A DNA stretch of 64,000 bases from Minisyncoccia bacterium. GTDB taxonomy: Bacteria; Patescibacteriota; Minisyncoccia; Phycocordibacterales; UBA9973. Under the pieces are notes generated by a model. It had not been told where the DNA came from and made no database searches. It worked only from the letters and a program-made list of their open reading frames with translations. Shown piece by piece: positions 49,868 through 60,460 of this stretch; within the stretch, counting starts at the first letter, position 1; each line of letters opens with the position of its first letter. The translations under genes and the position numbers were made by a program. The stretch is taken from contig JBBRTD010000001.1 of NCBI GenBank assembly GCA_038244685.1, forward strand, positions 166,392 to 230,391. Direction: 5' to 3'.

Positions 49868-49895
49868 ATACTATCAAATTTGACGGGAATGTCAA
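49868..49895 (-). promoter_or_regulatory. Promoter for tuf-rpsJ-rplB
   Basis: Minus strand TTGACA-16-TAGTAT with TG extension, just after a terminator (~49927-49960). Confidence 0.65.
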
Positions 49896-49970
49896 CCTAA
49901 GTATAAATTCCAATATATATTTAAATAAAATACCCCAAAACTATGTTTTGGGGTATTTTACAATTAATAT

Positions 49971-52900
49971 TTATATTTCTTTTATTACAGGCTTAAGTTT
50001 GCCCACCGTCACCGTAACACTCTTTGAATCATTTCCTCCTGGTCCATTACAGGTCAAAGTATAAATGGTGGTCTTTAGTGGTTTAAAGGTTTTATTATTA
50101 TTACCAATAGGAGTTACACCAACAATGCTGACCGATGGACTAGGAACAGAAACCATGGAACAAGTTGTGGCTCCGGTTGAAGTCCAAGCTACGTTAACGG
50201 CTTCGCCAAATTCAATTTTGTTAGTATTAACTGAGAATGACGATATAGATGCTGGTACTGGTGGATTTGTAACCGTTACAGTAAATAGTGATGACCAAGC
50301 AGAATTTGCTCCTTTAATATCTTGAGTTAGAGCCTTAAGTGAATATACTCCGGGTGTTGGCCATGAATTTGCTGGAACCATTGATGTACCAGAAGCAACA
50401 AAACCAGTCCAAACATCAGCAACTCCATCGTTATTCCAATCAACACCATAGCGAACTTGGTCGAGGTCTGGATCAGTTCCTGTGACTATGAAGTTTTGAA
50501 GTACATCTTTGTAGAAAGTTGCATTTCCAGAAATAGTAGGAGCTAATGGTGCATTATTATCTGAAATACACGTTGCTCCGCCCCAATGGGTTCCGGCTGT
50601 ACAAGAAGCAGTTGCTGTAGCTGTAGAAAGCAAAGTTCCATTATTATATAGGAAGAAATTTCTAGTACCATTTGAAACAGCATAAGAAGTTCCAGCACTT
50701 GAATTGGCATTAGCTACAACAATACTTGTAGGAGTTGTTACTTGAGAAGTTCCTATTGGATATGTTGTACTCCAAATTAAATTCGTATTACATGAACTTG
50801 CCCCGAGTGCTATAGAACAGTTCGTTGCAGTTATTGGTCCACTTGCAGGAGGATTACAAGTAAAATCTGGTAAGGTTTTAATATTACTCCAGGCTCCATT
50901 ACTTGCTCTAGTATGAACATAAAGACCGCTGTATGTCTGACCGGGAGTAATCGCTACACTTGTTGTTGTACCACTTGCAACATCCACATAGAAAGGAGCA
51001 GTTGGTCTTACGTAGCCACCAGTATAAGGAGCTGGAACAGCCCAGTTAAGAGTCACAAGATTTCCAGCAGCATTACATGAACTTGTAAATGAAGTTGGTG
51101 GTGGTGGAATAGTAACTGTTACAGCATCAGAGGCTGACTGACCAGTTGCATTTGTACATGCGAGTGTATATGTTTGAGAAAGCGCACTTGCAGCACCGGC
51201 TTGTGATCCTCCTGATACAGAGACAGCAGAACCATTGATTGTACAACTTGTAGCGTTAGCAACTGCAGCCCAAGAAAGAGTAACAGGAGAACCAACATAA
51301 GTTTCAACTGAACCATCGGCATTATTTGATCCCCAGGCTGTGACTTTTAAGTCAGGAGTTGGAACAGCGGCATTGTTAACGTTAAAAGAAACTGATGTCC
51401 AACTATTCGCTGATGGAACCCAGTCAGAATTGTAACAATATGCTGACATGGTATGAGATCCTACAGAAGTTAAAGCTGGAGTATTATATGTTCCTGAATT
51501 ATAAACACTTGAATAATCCCACCCCCCACCAGAAGTCCAATTCCAATCTAATAATAAGTGACTGTAATATCCATTACTACAAGAATATGAAATAGTTGCT
51601 GGTGATCCGTAGGGAACATTTGGTGTAACAGACAGAGAAGTTATATTTGAAGCACAAGCTGGAACATTGTATGTCTGAGTGCTTGGTCCTGAACAAGCAG
51701 CTCCACCATAAGCAGGTGTTGGGCTATTACATGAGCGAGTTTGAGTTTTCGTCTGAGCGCTATAGGCACAAGTATTATCTTGGGCGCTCCATCCAGACCA
51801 TCCTCCATTTATAGGACAAGGAGCATTTGTATATGCTTGAGTGCTTGAACCAGAACAAGCAGCTCCACCACCTGAAGGTGCTGGACTATCACAAGAACGA
51901 GTTTGAGTTCCGGAATATCCACAGGCAGGATTTTGTGCACTCCAACCTGACCAACCTCCGTTTATAATAGGTGGACTAACAGTGAAAGTTCCTATTCTAC
52001 TCCAACTATTAGCAGAAGGAACCCAGTCAGAATTGTAACAATATGCCATTATATAATGAGTACCAGGAGTTGTAAGAGACCCAGTTGTAGAAGGAGATCG
52101 TGAGCCATAGTATCCACTATCATTTACTGGAGACCACACATCATCCATTATAAGATGACTATAATATCCATTTGTACAAGCATAATAAATATTTGCACTT
52201 CCTCCATATGGAATTACATTCGGAGAAACATAAAGAGATGTAATATTCGAGGCACATGCTGGAACTGTATATGTTTGAGTGCTTGGTCCTGAACAACCAG
52301 CTCCACCATAAGCAGGTGTTGGGCTATTACATGAACGAGTTTGAGTTTTCGTCTGAGCGCTATAGGCACAAGTATTATCTTGGGCACTCCATCCAGACCA
52401 ACCTCCATCAACAGGAGCATTAATAACACTATAATCACATGCAACCCATGGACTACTTACTCCACCTGCATTCATACATGAAACTTTTGCTTGGTGAGAT
52501 CCAACAGAGGCTCCGATTGCTCCTCTGGTTAAAGAAAGTGTCCCACTAGTATTATAATTTGACCAATAAGTATATTCATCAACTTTAAGTGAACACCAAC
52601 TTGCATTCGAAGAACCTACGGTAATATTGACAATATTACCAGAAGAATCTACTCCAGGATTTGGTGAAACAGAACATGAGGAAACGGGGGGTGGTGTAAT
52701 ATAAAAAGGAAGATCCCAATAATTATCACCATATAAACTTATATTTAAACTTACATTGTGATTACCAGGTGTTGCAACATTAAACGAAGTTGCTCCTGAA
52801 GGATAATAAGAAACATCTGTATAGCCGATAACCCATTGATATGTTGGATTTGTGTCAGTATTAGCTAATACATACATCGTTCCACCATAACTGGTATAGT

Positions 52901-53090
52901 CTACTGAAGTGGAAACTGTGACCGTATTTCCTGAAACATTTACGGCTGCAGTAAAGTACGTGTAATCTTCACCATTAGGATGAACGAGAGGCAGAAAAAA
53001 ACTATCTGCATCAACCTTATTAATTGGAATTAATGACAGTCCAAACAGAAAAACAAATATTATGAATAAATTATTAATTACTTTTTTCAT
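49971..53090 (-). CDS. Secreted modular surface protein A: three TSP1-like repeats plus Ig/FN3/PKD-like domains
   Basis: Signal peptide. Three GGWSGWSAQ..C..TQTRSC..P.P..GGA.CSG. Ends KLKPVIKEI. Confidence 0.88.
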   Translation of the reverse strand: MKKVINNLFIIFVFLFGLSLIPINKVDADSFFLPLVHPNGEDYTYFTAAVNVSGNTVTVSTSVDYTSYGGTMYVLANTDTNPTYQWVIGYTDVSYYPSGATSFNVATPGNHNVSLNISLYGDNYWDLPFYITPPPVSSCSVSPNPGVDSSGNIVNITVGSSNASWCSLKVDEYTYWSNYNTSGTLSLTRGAIGASVGSHQAKVSCMNAGGVSSPWVACDYSVINAPVDGGWSGWSAQDNTCAYSAQTKTQTRSCNSPTPAYGGAGCSGPSTQTYTVPACASNITSLYVSPNVIPYGGSANIYYACTNGYYSHLIMDDVWSPVNDSGYYGSRSPSTTGSLTTPGTHYIMAYCYNSDWVPSANSWSRIGTFTVSPPIINGGWSGWSAQNPACGYSGTQTRSCDSPAPSGGGAACSGSSTQAYTNAPCPINGGWSGWSAQDNTCAYSAQTKTQTRSCNSPTPAYGGAACSGPSTQTYNVPACASNITSLSVTPNVPYGSPATISYSCSNGYYSHLLLDWNWTSGGGWDYSSVYNSGTYNTPALTSVGSHTMSAYCYNSDWVPSANSWTSVSFNVNNAAVPTPDLKVTAWGSNNADGSVETYVGSPVTLSWAAVANATSCTINGSAVSVSGGSQAGAASALSQTYTLACTNATGQSASDAVTVTIPPPPTSFTSSCNAAGNLVTLNWAVPAPYTGGYVRPTAPFYVDVASGTTTSVAITPGQTYSGLYVHTRASNGAWSNIKTLPDFTCNPPASGPITATNCSIALGASSCNTNLIWSTTYPIGTSQVTTPTSIVVANANSSAGTSYAVSNGTRNFFLYNNGTLLSTATATASCTAGTHWGGATCISDNNAPLAPTISGNATFYKDVLQNFIVTGTDPDLDQVRYGVDWNNDGVADVWTGFVASGTSMVPANSWPTPGVYSLKALTQDIKGANSAWSSLFTVTVTNPPVPASISSFSVNTNKIEFGEAVNVAWTSTGATTCSMVSVPSPSVSIVGVTPIGNNNKTFKPLKTTIYTLTCNGPGGNDSKSVTVTVGKLKPVIKEI

Positions 53091-54408
53091 TTTCATTCTT
53101 TTTTAGATTTCTAAAATATACAGCAACTCCTGCGACGACAAGAATTCCAATTGCCAAAATTATTAGGCTCTTATTTGCATTAGATTTTTTTTCTTCTGCC
53201 GAAAGAGGAGAAATGGGTAGTAAATTTATTCCAAAATTTTTTTGATCTAAGATATTTCCTTTATCATCTAATAAAGTGATGGAGGTACTGGGATTAAGAC
53301 ATTCTGTTTTTACAACAGCAGATAAATCTGTGATGGGATTTTTTATATTATTAATTAGAGGAATATTTATTGGATTAATGCATTCTTGCCCTTTATCATT
53401 TAACATTGTAGCTTTAATATTTAAATTTAAGGGTGTATTTTCTATTTTTGATTTATTACTACTTGAATTATAAAGCAAAGATAAGATAGCTGTGTCTCCT
53501 TTTTGATAATTATCTTTATTTAAAGTTAGATTTACAATTGAAGCACGAGTACCATTTAAAACATATGAGACATCAATCTTATTTGAAGAAACATCACCTT
53601 CAACCAGACTAACCTTCATATTATAAACCTGAGGGGTATTACCAATCGGAAGATTAATCGAAAATATTTTCTTTTCTTTTGATTTAAAAATTATTATTTC
53701 ATTGTTAATAATATTTTGTGGAACTATTGCCCCGTAAGATGAACCATTAAAAGTTTCAATTAAGGGTAAAACCGATAGATTTTTATCTATTTGATTAGTT
53801 GCTTCACAAAGGAGCTTTAGTGTTTCCCCTTTATTAATAGTAACTTTTTGTGAAATATTGTGATGAGGACTATCTTTTTCTTCTAATACCTGTGTGAAAC
53901 AAGTTGGTTCTGAAATAAGCAAACCCGCTTCTGAGGCCTTCAGGGTAACCTTACCTAATGAAACCTTAGCAAAAGGAAATCCATTTTCATTTTTAGCATT
54001 TATAAATAAATTATATTCACCCGAAAGTATTTTAGGGTAAGTGTAACTAATTTCTTTATTTAAAGTTTTATTTTCAAGAAGAACTAGAGATTCTTCGTAA
54101 ATTTTTTCATCAATAAGGTATGGAGTTTTTGAATCAGTGTCATACAGCTCAACTCCATATTTAATTCCAGTTTGAATTCCTGTACGATTTGATAAGATAA
54201 AAGAAATATTTATTATATTATCTTTTTGGGAAACTATTTTAGCATCTATTATATTTACGGTTGCTAAAACTACAGCTTTATTTATCGTATTATTAATAGC
54301 GGGTGGAACATTTGGCAGTTTTTGTGTTTCGTCTGCAAGGATAGGGGTTGCTAAAATAAAAGAAAGAAAAATAAACAAACTCACCGTTGGAATTTTTAAT
54401 AAATACAT
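53074..54408 (-). CDS. Secreted Ig-like protein with C-terminal TM anchor
   Basis: Signal peptide, beta-rich body, LIILAIGILVVAGVAVYF plus basic tail. Overlaps the start of protein A. Confidence 0.8.
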   Translation of the reverse strand: MYLLKIPTVSLFIFLSFILATPILADETQKLPNVPPAINNTINKAVVLATVNIIDAKIVSQKDNIINISFILSNRTGIQTGIKYGVELYDTDSKTPYLIDEKIYEESLVLLENKTLNKEISYTYPKILSGEYNLFINAKNENGFPFAKVSLGKVTLKASEAGLLISEPTCFTQVLEEKDSPHHNISQKVTINKGETLKLLCEATNQIDKNLSVLPLIETFNGSSYGAIVPQNIINNEIIIFKSKEKKIFSINLPIGNTPQVYNMKVSLVEGDVSSNKIDVSYVLNGTRASIVNLTLNKDNYQKGDTAILSLLYNSSSNKSKIENTPLNLNIKATMLNDKGQECINPINIPLINNIKNPITDLSAVVKTECLNPSTSITLLDDKGNILDQKNFGINLLPISPLSAEEKKSNANKSLIILAIGILVVAGVAVYFRNLKKNENEKSN

Positions 54409-54559
54409 TTTATAAATTCTATTTTAAATAATAAATAATTGCCATAAGTATAACATTAGATATAGATATCAATGTCTAGTTTATTTGTTTAAATGTTTTG
54501 TAATATAGAAACACCCTAGGAACCTTTGTTCCTAGGGTGTTTAAAACTATTTTATTTTA

Positions 54560-57500
54560 TTAAATTTCTTTAATTGTCGGTTTAATTTTCCCCACCGTCA
54601 CAGTAACACTCTTTGAATCATTTCCTCCTGGTCCATTACAGGTCAAAGTATAAATGGTGGTCTTTAATGGTTTAAAAGTTTTATTATTATTACCAATAGG
54701 AGTTACGCCAACAATACTGACGGATGGACTAGGAACAGAAACCATAGAACAGGTTGTGGCTCCGGTTGAAGTCCAAGCTAGGTTAACGGCTTCGCCGAAT
54801 TCAATTTTATTTTTATCTATAGTAAAGGATGTAATTGAGGCTGGTACTGGTGGATTTGTAACAACAACCGTGAACAATGATGACCAAGCAGAATTGGCTC
54901 CTTTAATATCTTGAGTTAAAGCCTTTATGTTGTAAGTACCAATAGTCGGCCACGAATTTGTTGGAACCATTGATGTGCCAGAAGCAACAAAGCCAGTCCA
55001 AACATCTGCAACTCCATCGTTATTCCAATCAACACCATAGCGAACTTGGTCGAGGTCTGGATCAGTTCCTGTGACTATGAAGTTTTGAAGTACATCTTTG
55101 TAGAAAGTTGCATTTCCAGAAATAGTTGGTGCTAATGGTGCATTATTATCTGAGATACATGTTGCTCCACTCCAATGAGTTCCGGCTGTACAAGAAGCAG
55201 TCGCTGTAGCTGTAGAAAGCAAAGTCCCATTATTATATAAGAAGAAATTTCTAGCACCATTTGATATAGCATAAGAAGTTCCAGCACTTGAGTTAGCGTT
55301 AGCTACAACAATACTTGTGGGGGTTGTTACTTGAGAAGTTCCTATTGGATATGAAGTACTCCAAATTAAATTCGTATTACATGAACTCCCGTTTAGAGGA
55401 ATTGTACAATTTGTAGCTGTAAGTGGTCCTGAAGCAGGGGGATTACATGTAATGTCTGCTATTGGTAAGGTATTACTCCAGGCTCCATTTGAACTTCTGG
55501 TGTGTAAATAAACTCCACTATAAGTTTGACCGGGAGTAACAGTAACATTAGTACTAAAACCACTTACAATGTCTTGATGAAAAGGTAATGTACCCCAGGG
55601 CGTACTTCTTAAATAGGCACCTGTATATCCAGGCTGAAGAGTCCAATTAAGTGTAGCTAAATTCCCAGCGGCATTACATGATCTTGTAAATGAAGTTGGT
55701 GGTGGTGGAACAGTAACGGTTACAGCATCAGAAGCAGATTGACCGGTTGCATTTGTACATGAAAGTGTATGAGATTTTGTTATTAAACTTGCCGTTCTTG
55801 TTTGAGACCCTCCTGAAACAGCAACAGCTGATCCATCGAGAGTACAACTTGTAGCGTTAGGAACTGCTGCCCAAGAAAGAGTATAAATATCACCTATATA
55901 AGTTTCTAATGGTCCATTAGAATTTGAACCTGACCACGCAGTAACTCTTAAATCAGGAACTGGGGCAGCGGCATTACTAACACTGAATGATACAGAATAC
56001 CAACTATTTGCAGATGGCACCATATCTGTATTGTAACAATATGCTGACATTGTATGAGATCCTACAGAAGTTAAAGCTGGAGTATTATATGTTCCTGAAT
56101 TGTAAACACCTGAATAATCCCATCCCCCACCTGAAGTCCAATTCCAATCTAATAATAAGTGACTGTAATAACCACTACTGCAAGAATATGAGATTGTTGC
56201 AGGTGTTCCATATGGGACAACATTATTTGTTATTGATAATGAGGTTATATTTGAACGTAAAGCAAAGTTAGCTGTACAGGTTTTTGATGAATCCATTGTT
56301 ACCTGTCCACTTGCATTACAACTTCCAGTCCATCCTGAAAATGTTGAATTGGCACTTGGAGAGGCAGTTGCTGTTACAAAAGTTCCTGGAGCATAACTTC
56401 CACTACCCCCCACAGAGCCAGAACCGGTCCCTGCTGTATTTACGGTAAGATTATAATTTACACAGTTAATAGCAACATTGGCTTGAATACTCCATGCTCC
56501 ATTTGAAGGATTTCTTGTGTGAACCCAGGCACTATAACCAGTATTTGGGGAAATTGAGAAGCCATCTGAAGTTCCAACAGAACCATCATTATAAAGAACA
56601 GTCGCTCCGTCTGAATTTCTAGAAGCTCTTGTATAAAAAGTATTATAACCAGCAGGTGCAGCCCAATTTATGGTTGCATACGTCGCACTAGCATTACAAG
56701 AATAACTTAGACTTGTAGGCATCGGTGGAGTAGTGATAGTAACTGAATCAGAAGCTGACTGACCTGTTGCATTTGTACATGAAAGAGTATGAGATTCCGA
56801 ACGAGCATTTGCAGTCCCAGCTTGTGAACCACCTGAAACAGAAACAGCGGAACCATCTAGAGTACAACTTGTAGCATTTGGTACGGCGTTCCAGTATAGA
56901 GTAAATGGAGAGCCTGTATAAGTTTCTATTGAACCATCGGCATGATCATAACCCCAAGCTGTGACTTTTAAGTCAGGAGTTGGTGTTGGAGCATTACTAA
57001 CAGTAAAAGATCCTATTCTAGTCCAACTATTAGCTGAAGGTACCCAATCTGAGTTATAACAATATGCCATGGCATAGTGAGATCCAGGAACTGTAAGTGC
57101 CCCTGTCGTCGTTGGAGATCTTGAACCATAATAGTTTGAATCTTGCCAAGCCCAAGTATCATCTAAAATAATATGACTATAATATCCATTCGTACAAGCA
57201 TAATATATATTAGCAGAACCTCCATACGGGACAACATTCGGTGAAACATACAAAGAAGTTATATTTGAAGCACAAGCTGGAACATTATATGTCTGAGTGC
57301 TTGGTCCTGAACAATCTGCTCCGCCATAAGCTGGTGTTGGATTATTACATGAACGAGTTTGAGTTTTAGTTTGAGCACTATATGCACAAGTATAATCTTG
57401 AGCACTCCAACCAGACCAACCTCCATTTACATTTACACCAAAATTTACGGTATACCAACCGGTCCAAACCCAATCATTGTTATAACAAGTTACAGAAGCA

Positions 57501-57802
57501 GTATGACCTCCAGGAGCCAAAACCGGTGTTGTCCATGAGCCAGAACTAGAATAAATAACACCTAAGGCATCTCCTCCCCAATCAAGATAAACATCACAGA
57601 AATCTGTACCACTATTCGCTGTATATGATATTGTTCCAGTTCCTCCGACAGGAATATTACCTGGAGTGACAGTTACAGAAATAATAGCAGGAAGCGGTCT
57701 GACTGTAACAGTAGTACTTCCTCCCCCAGTATCAGCATTTGCAAATGTAGGCCCTAATATAGACAAAACGAGAATGAATAAAAATATTTTTATTGTTTTC
57801 AT
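54560..57802 (-). CDS. Secreted modular surface protein B: one TSP1-like repeat, duplicated modules, InlB-B-repeat-like domain
   Basis: Signal peptide. Shares modules with protein A. Ends KIKPTIKEI. Confidence 0.88.
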   Translation of the reverse strand: MKTIKIFLFILVLSILGPTFANADTGGGSTTVTVRPLPAIISVTVTPGNIPVGGTGTISYTANSGTDFCDVYLDWGGDALGVIYSSSGSWTTPVLAPGGHTASVTCYNNDWVWTGWYTVNFGVNVNGGWSGWSAQDYTCAYSAQTKTQTRSCNNPTPAYGGADCSGPSTQTYNVPACASNITSLYVSPNVVPYGGSANIYYACTNGYYSHIILDDTWAWQDSNYYGSRSPTTTGALTVPGSHYAMAYCYNSDWVPSANSWTRIGSFTVSNAPTPTPDLKVTAWGYDHADGSIETYTGSPFTLYWNAVPNATSCTLDGSAVSVSGGSQAGTANARSESHTLSCTNATGQSASDSVTITTPPMPTSLSYSCNASATYATINWAAPAGYNTFYTRASRNSDGATVLYNDGSVGTSDGFSISPNTGYSAWVHTRNPSNGAWSIQANVAINCVNYNLTVNTAGTGSGSVGGSGSYAPGTFVTATASPSANSTFSGWTGSCNASGQVTMDSSKTCTANFALRSNITSLSITNNVVPYGTPATISYSCSSGYYSHLLLDWNWTSGGGWDYSGVYNSGTYNTPALTSVGSHTMSAYCYNTDMVPSANSWYSVSFSVSNAAAPVPDLRVTAWSGSNSNGPLETYIGDIYTLSWAAVPNATSCTLDGSAVAVSGGSQTRTASLITKSHTLSCTNATGQSASDAVTVTVPPPPTSFTRSCNAAGNLATLNWTLQPGYTGAYLRSTPWGTLPFHQDIVSGFSTNVTVTPGQTYSGVYLHTRSSNGAWSNTLPIADITCNPPASGPLTATNCTIPLNGSSCNTNLIWSTSYPIGTSQVTTPTSIVVANANSSAGTSYAISNGARNFFLYNNGTLLSTATATASCTAGTHWSGATCISDNNAPLAPTISGNATFYKDVLQNFIVTGTDPDLDQVRYGVDWNNDGVADVWTGFVASGTSMVPTNSWPTIGTYNIKALTQDIKGANSAWSSLFTVVVTNPPVPASITSFTIDKNKIEFGEAVNLAWTSTGATTCSMVSVPSPSVSIVGVTPIGNNNKTFKPLKTTIYTLTCNGPGGNDSKSVTVTVGKIKPTIKEI

Positions 57803-57908
57803 AATTTTAGATAAGATACGACTCATTAGATTTCTATTTGATTCTAATTTAGAAACAATAAATTTAAGTTTCTAACTCTAGAGTAAACCATTAATATAAA
57901 ACTACATA

Positions 57909-58412
57909 TTAATGTATAGGACGACACATATAACCACCAGTTCTGGAAGTCATAATATTGGAAAGGCCGAATGAAGTAGGAGAAGAATCAACAACTCTAT
58001 AGTCATAAGCACCATTATCAAGAGCACCTGCTAAAACTTCACCAGTACCATAGGTACCACTAACGAAAGGCCCTGTTTCAAACACATTACTACTGGTACA
58101 ATGCTGTAATTTATAATAATAGTAAGTTGGTGATGAGGCCCCTGAACAAGTAACAGAAAAAGTAGTAGTTGCGTATAAATTACTTACATAAAAAGACCCA
58201 GTTGGGCCACTACCTCCTCTTCCCCCTGCTTCAAAACAAGTAGAAGCACCTGAAGATGTCCAACTTATTTGAGTACCTCCCCCATAAGAAACAGCAGAAG
58301 GGTATGCAGTTACAGTAACGGCAACAGCGGCGCTACAAATATTTGCTGATATAAAAGCTATCCCAAAAACAAATAAAATTTTAACTAAAGATTTATTAAA
58401 TATTTTTTTCAT
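57909..58412 (-). CDS. Small secreted protein (Ig-like plus shared C-terminal module)
   Basis: Signal peptide, WTSSGASTC, YYYKLQHCT..SRTGG..CR shared with the 62933 gene. Confidence 0.82.
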   Translation of the reverse strand: MKKIFNKSLVKILFVFGIAFISANICSAAVAVTVTAYPSAVSYGGGTQISWTSSGASTCFEAGGRGGSGPTGSFYVSNLYATTTFSVTCSGASSPTYYYYKLQHCTSSNVFETGPFVSGTYGTGEVLAGALDNGAYDYRVVDSSPTSFGLSNIMTSRTGGYMCRPIH

Positions 58413-58539
58413 GTTATTTTAATAAGATATTATGATATTGCCTTAAATTATATCATATATAGATAAATATTTACAATTAAACAAAAAAAAGACCACTCAA
58501 ATTATATAAAATAATTGAGTGGCTTTTTTATTTAGTCTA

Positions 58540-59181
58540 CTATTTGACCTTCTTGTATACGTCTTTAAAGTTATCCTTAAAGATTCTAAAGGATTCCGAA
58601 GATATATTTTCAACCTTCCAAGCCCCACCCCAATTTAATGTTGGTGGTTTTGTTGTTTCATCGACAGACCAAGGTCCATCGCCTTTAAAACTTCCAACCA
58701 TTACATCAAACCTACCATTCGGAAGAAAAGTAACAACATCTGCCTCTGCTCGTGGAATAGAATAATATTTCCAAACCAGAGTTGGATCTTCGGGGGTTTT
58801 TGGTTCGTAAATATAAACCGAATCCTTAACCCATGAACCTTGAAGAAAGATCCAGGATAATGTTTTTTCAAAAGTTACTTTTACCTCATAATTTGTGGAG
58901 GCGTTAGTAGATATAACATAATTTTTACTTGTCATTGGAGTAGCAACCCCATTAACAGTTATAGTTTTTTGGGTGTAGCCAGGATCGGCTTCCGTCAAAA
59001 TTTCAACTACTGCACCACTTACCGCTTCATTTGGGCAAATGATTTTACCACCTATTCCGTTAACAACGGAAGCGGTAATCGTGAATTTCTGTGCAGGAGG
59101 ATCAAGAGGTCCTTCTTTACAAGAAACAATAAACATAAGTCCTACAACTAGCAGGACAACAAGAAAAAATAGTTTTTTCAT
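58540..59181 (-). CDS. Hypothetical lipoprotein
   Basis: MKKLFFLVVLLVVGLMFIVSC lipobox. Own promoter TTGACA-17-TATACT at 59222-59250. Confidence 0.75.
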   Translation of the reverse strand: MKKLFFLVVLLVVGLMFIVSCKEGPLDPPAQKFTITASVVNGIGGKIICPNEAVSGAVVEILTEADPGYTQKTITVNGVATPMTSKNYVISTNASTNYEVKVTFEKTLSWIFLQGSWVKDSVYIYEPKTPEDPTLVWKYYSIPRAEADVVTFLPNGRFDVMVGSFKGDGPWSVDETTKPPTLNWGGAWKVENISSESFRIFKDNFKDVYKKVK

Positions 59182-59451
59182 ATCCTTTATTTTTAGTGTA
59201 AATTTTCCTAATTTCATATATAGTATAGTACTTTTTAAGCATTTTGTCAAGTTTCAATGCTCTTATATCGTATGCCTAATCTAAAGACTTTTTTGCTAAA
59301 TAAAATTAAATCAAAAAATAATAATTTCATATTTCATTTATATAAGTGTATAATAATATATTATTAATTAAATAGATATGCTTTGTTTCAATCAATAAAA
59401 TCGTTATAAATGAATTAATAGATTCGAAGCTTAGCAATTCTGTAAAATCGT

Positions 59452-60129
59452 ATGCAAAGAAATAAAATAATTTTAGCCTTGGCCATAGGAACAATATTTT
59501 CACCTGTAATAACAATACAAGCAGTGGAAAAAACAAACACAATAAAAGCAACTACAACAACGCAATCTCAAAATATTACAAAAATTCCTACAATCGATAA
59601 AGCAAAGATTGAAGAAATGAGAGCAAAACTAATGATTGAGACTAAAACCATAAAAGGTAATCTTGATATTCAAAAAGCTGAAATTGAAAAATTATTAGCA
59701 GAAAAAAAAGGTGAGACCAAAACAAAGCTTGTAGCAAAATCTCAAGAAAAAGTTCGAACTATTTTAGATAATATTTTTAATAAATTTAATGCTCAATTAG
59801 GAAAACTTTCAGGAGTTGACGCTAAGGTATCAATAAAAATCAATACTTTAGAAAAAACTGGGGTAAATGTAAGCGAGGCAAAGACACAATATACTATAGC
59901 TAAAGCCTCATTAGACAAGACAACAGCAGAAGTTCTAGCCATAAGAATGGTTTTAATGGAACAAATTACAGTAGATACATCAAGAGGAACATTTAGAGAT
60001 CTTGTAAAGAAAGCAGAAGAAAGTATGAAGGCTACAGGAAAAGAATATAACAAAATTATACCTCTTATCGTTAGTAGAAATAATAATGTCGAAGCAAAAG
60101 TTAATACAAATATTATAAATCAACAATAA
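59452..60129 (+). CDS. Secreted coiled-coil hypothetical protein
   Basis: Signal-like N-terminus and K/E-rich helices. Confidence 0.75.
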   Translation: MQRNKIILALAIGTIFSPVITIQAVEKTNTIKATTTTQSQNITKIPTIDKAKIEEMRAKLMIETKTIKGNLDIQKAEIEKLLAEKKGETKTKLVAKSQEKVRTILDNIFNKFNAQLGKLSGVDAKVSIKINTLEKTGVNVSEAKTQYTIAKASLDKTTAEVLAIRMVLMEQITVDTSRGTFRDLVKKAEESMKATGKEYNKIIPLIVSRNNNVEAKVNTNIINQQ

Positions 60130-60135
60130 TCACAT

Positions 60136-60402
60136 ATGGAACCAACAACACCAACAGTAGCAGTAGCAAATAATAAATCAAAAATGGCTATCATTGTAAT
60201 TATAGTATTAATCATAATCGCTGGAGCGATAGCTGTAATATCACGTAGAGGAAAAACAGAAGTAAATCCTGCAAATAATGGGGAGGTTCAAAATGGTACA
60301 GTCTCCGAGTCGGATGATTCTCAAATCTTAACACAAGAGATTACTGCAGCCACAACATTTGATAATGAAAAAGATTTAAGTGAAATAGATAGCGCCTTCT
60401 AA
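60136..60402 (+). CDS. Small single-TM hypothetical protein
   Basis: TM AIIVIIVLIIIAGAIAVI and acidic tail. Confidence 0.75.
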   Translation: MEPTTPTVAVANNKSKMAIIVIIVLIIIAGAIAVISRRGKTEVNPANNGEVQNGTVSESDDSQILTQEITAATTFDNEKDLSEIDSAF

Positions 60403-60460
60403 TAATAGAATAAATAAAAACCCTCGGAATATTCCGAGGGTTTTTATTTATTCTATTATT
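60401..60460. terminator. 60-bp perfect palindrome between convergent genes
   Basis: AATAATAGAATAAATAAAAACCCTCGGAAT|ATTCCGAGGGTTTTTATTTATTCTATTATT. Confidence 0.9.

Larger units (their letters stand above)
49971..55450 (-). repeat. Paralogous ~0.9-kb 3' blocks (~49971-50860 and ~54560-55450)
   Basis: Long identical DNA runs, e.g. encoding GNATFYKDVLQNFIVTGTDPDLDQVRYGVDWNNDGVADVW. Confidence 0.9.
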
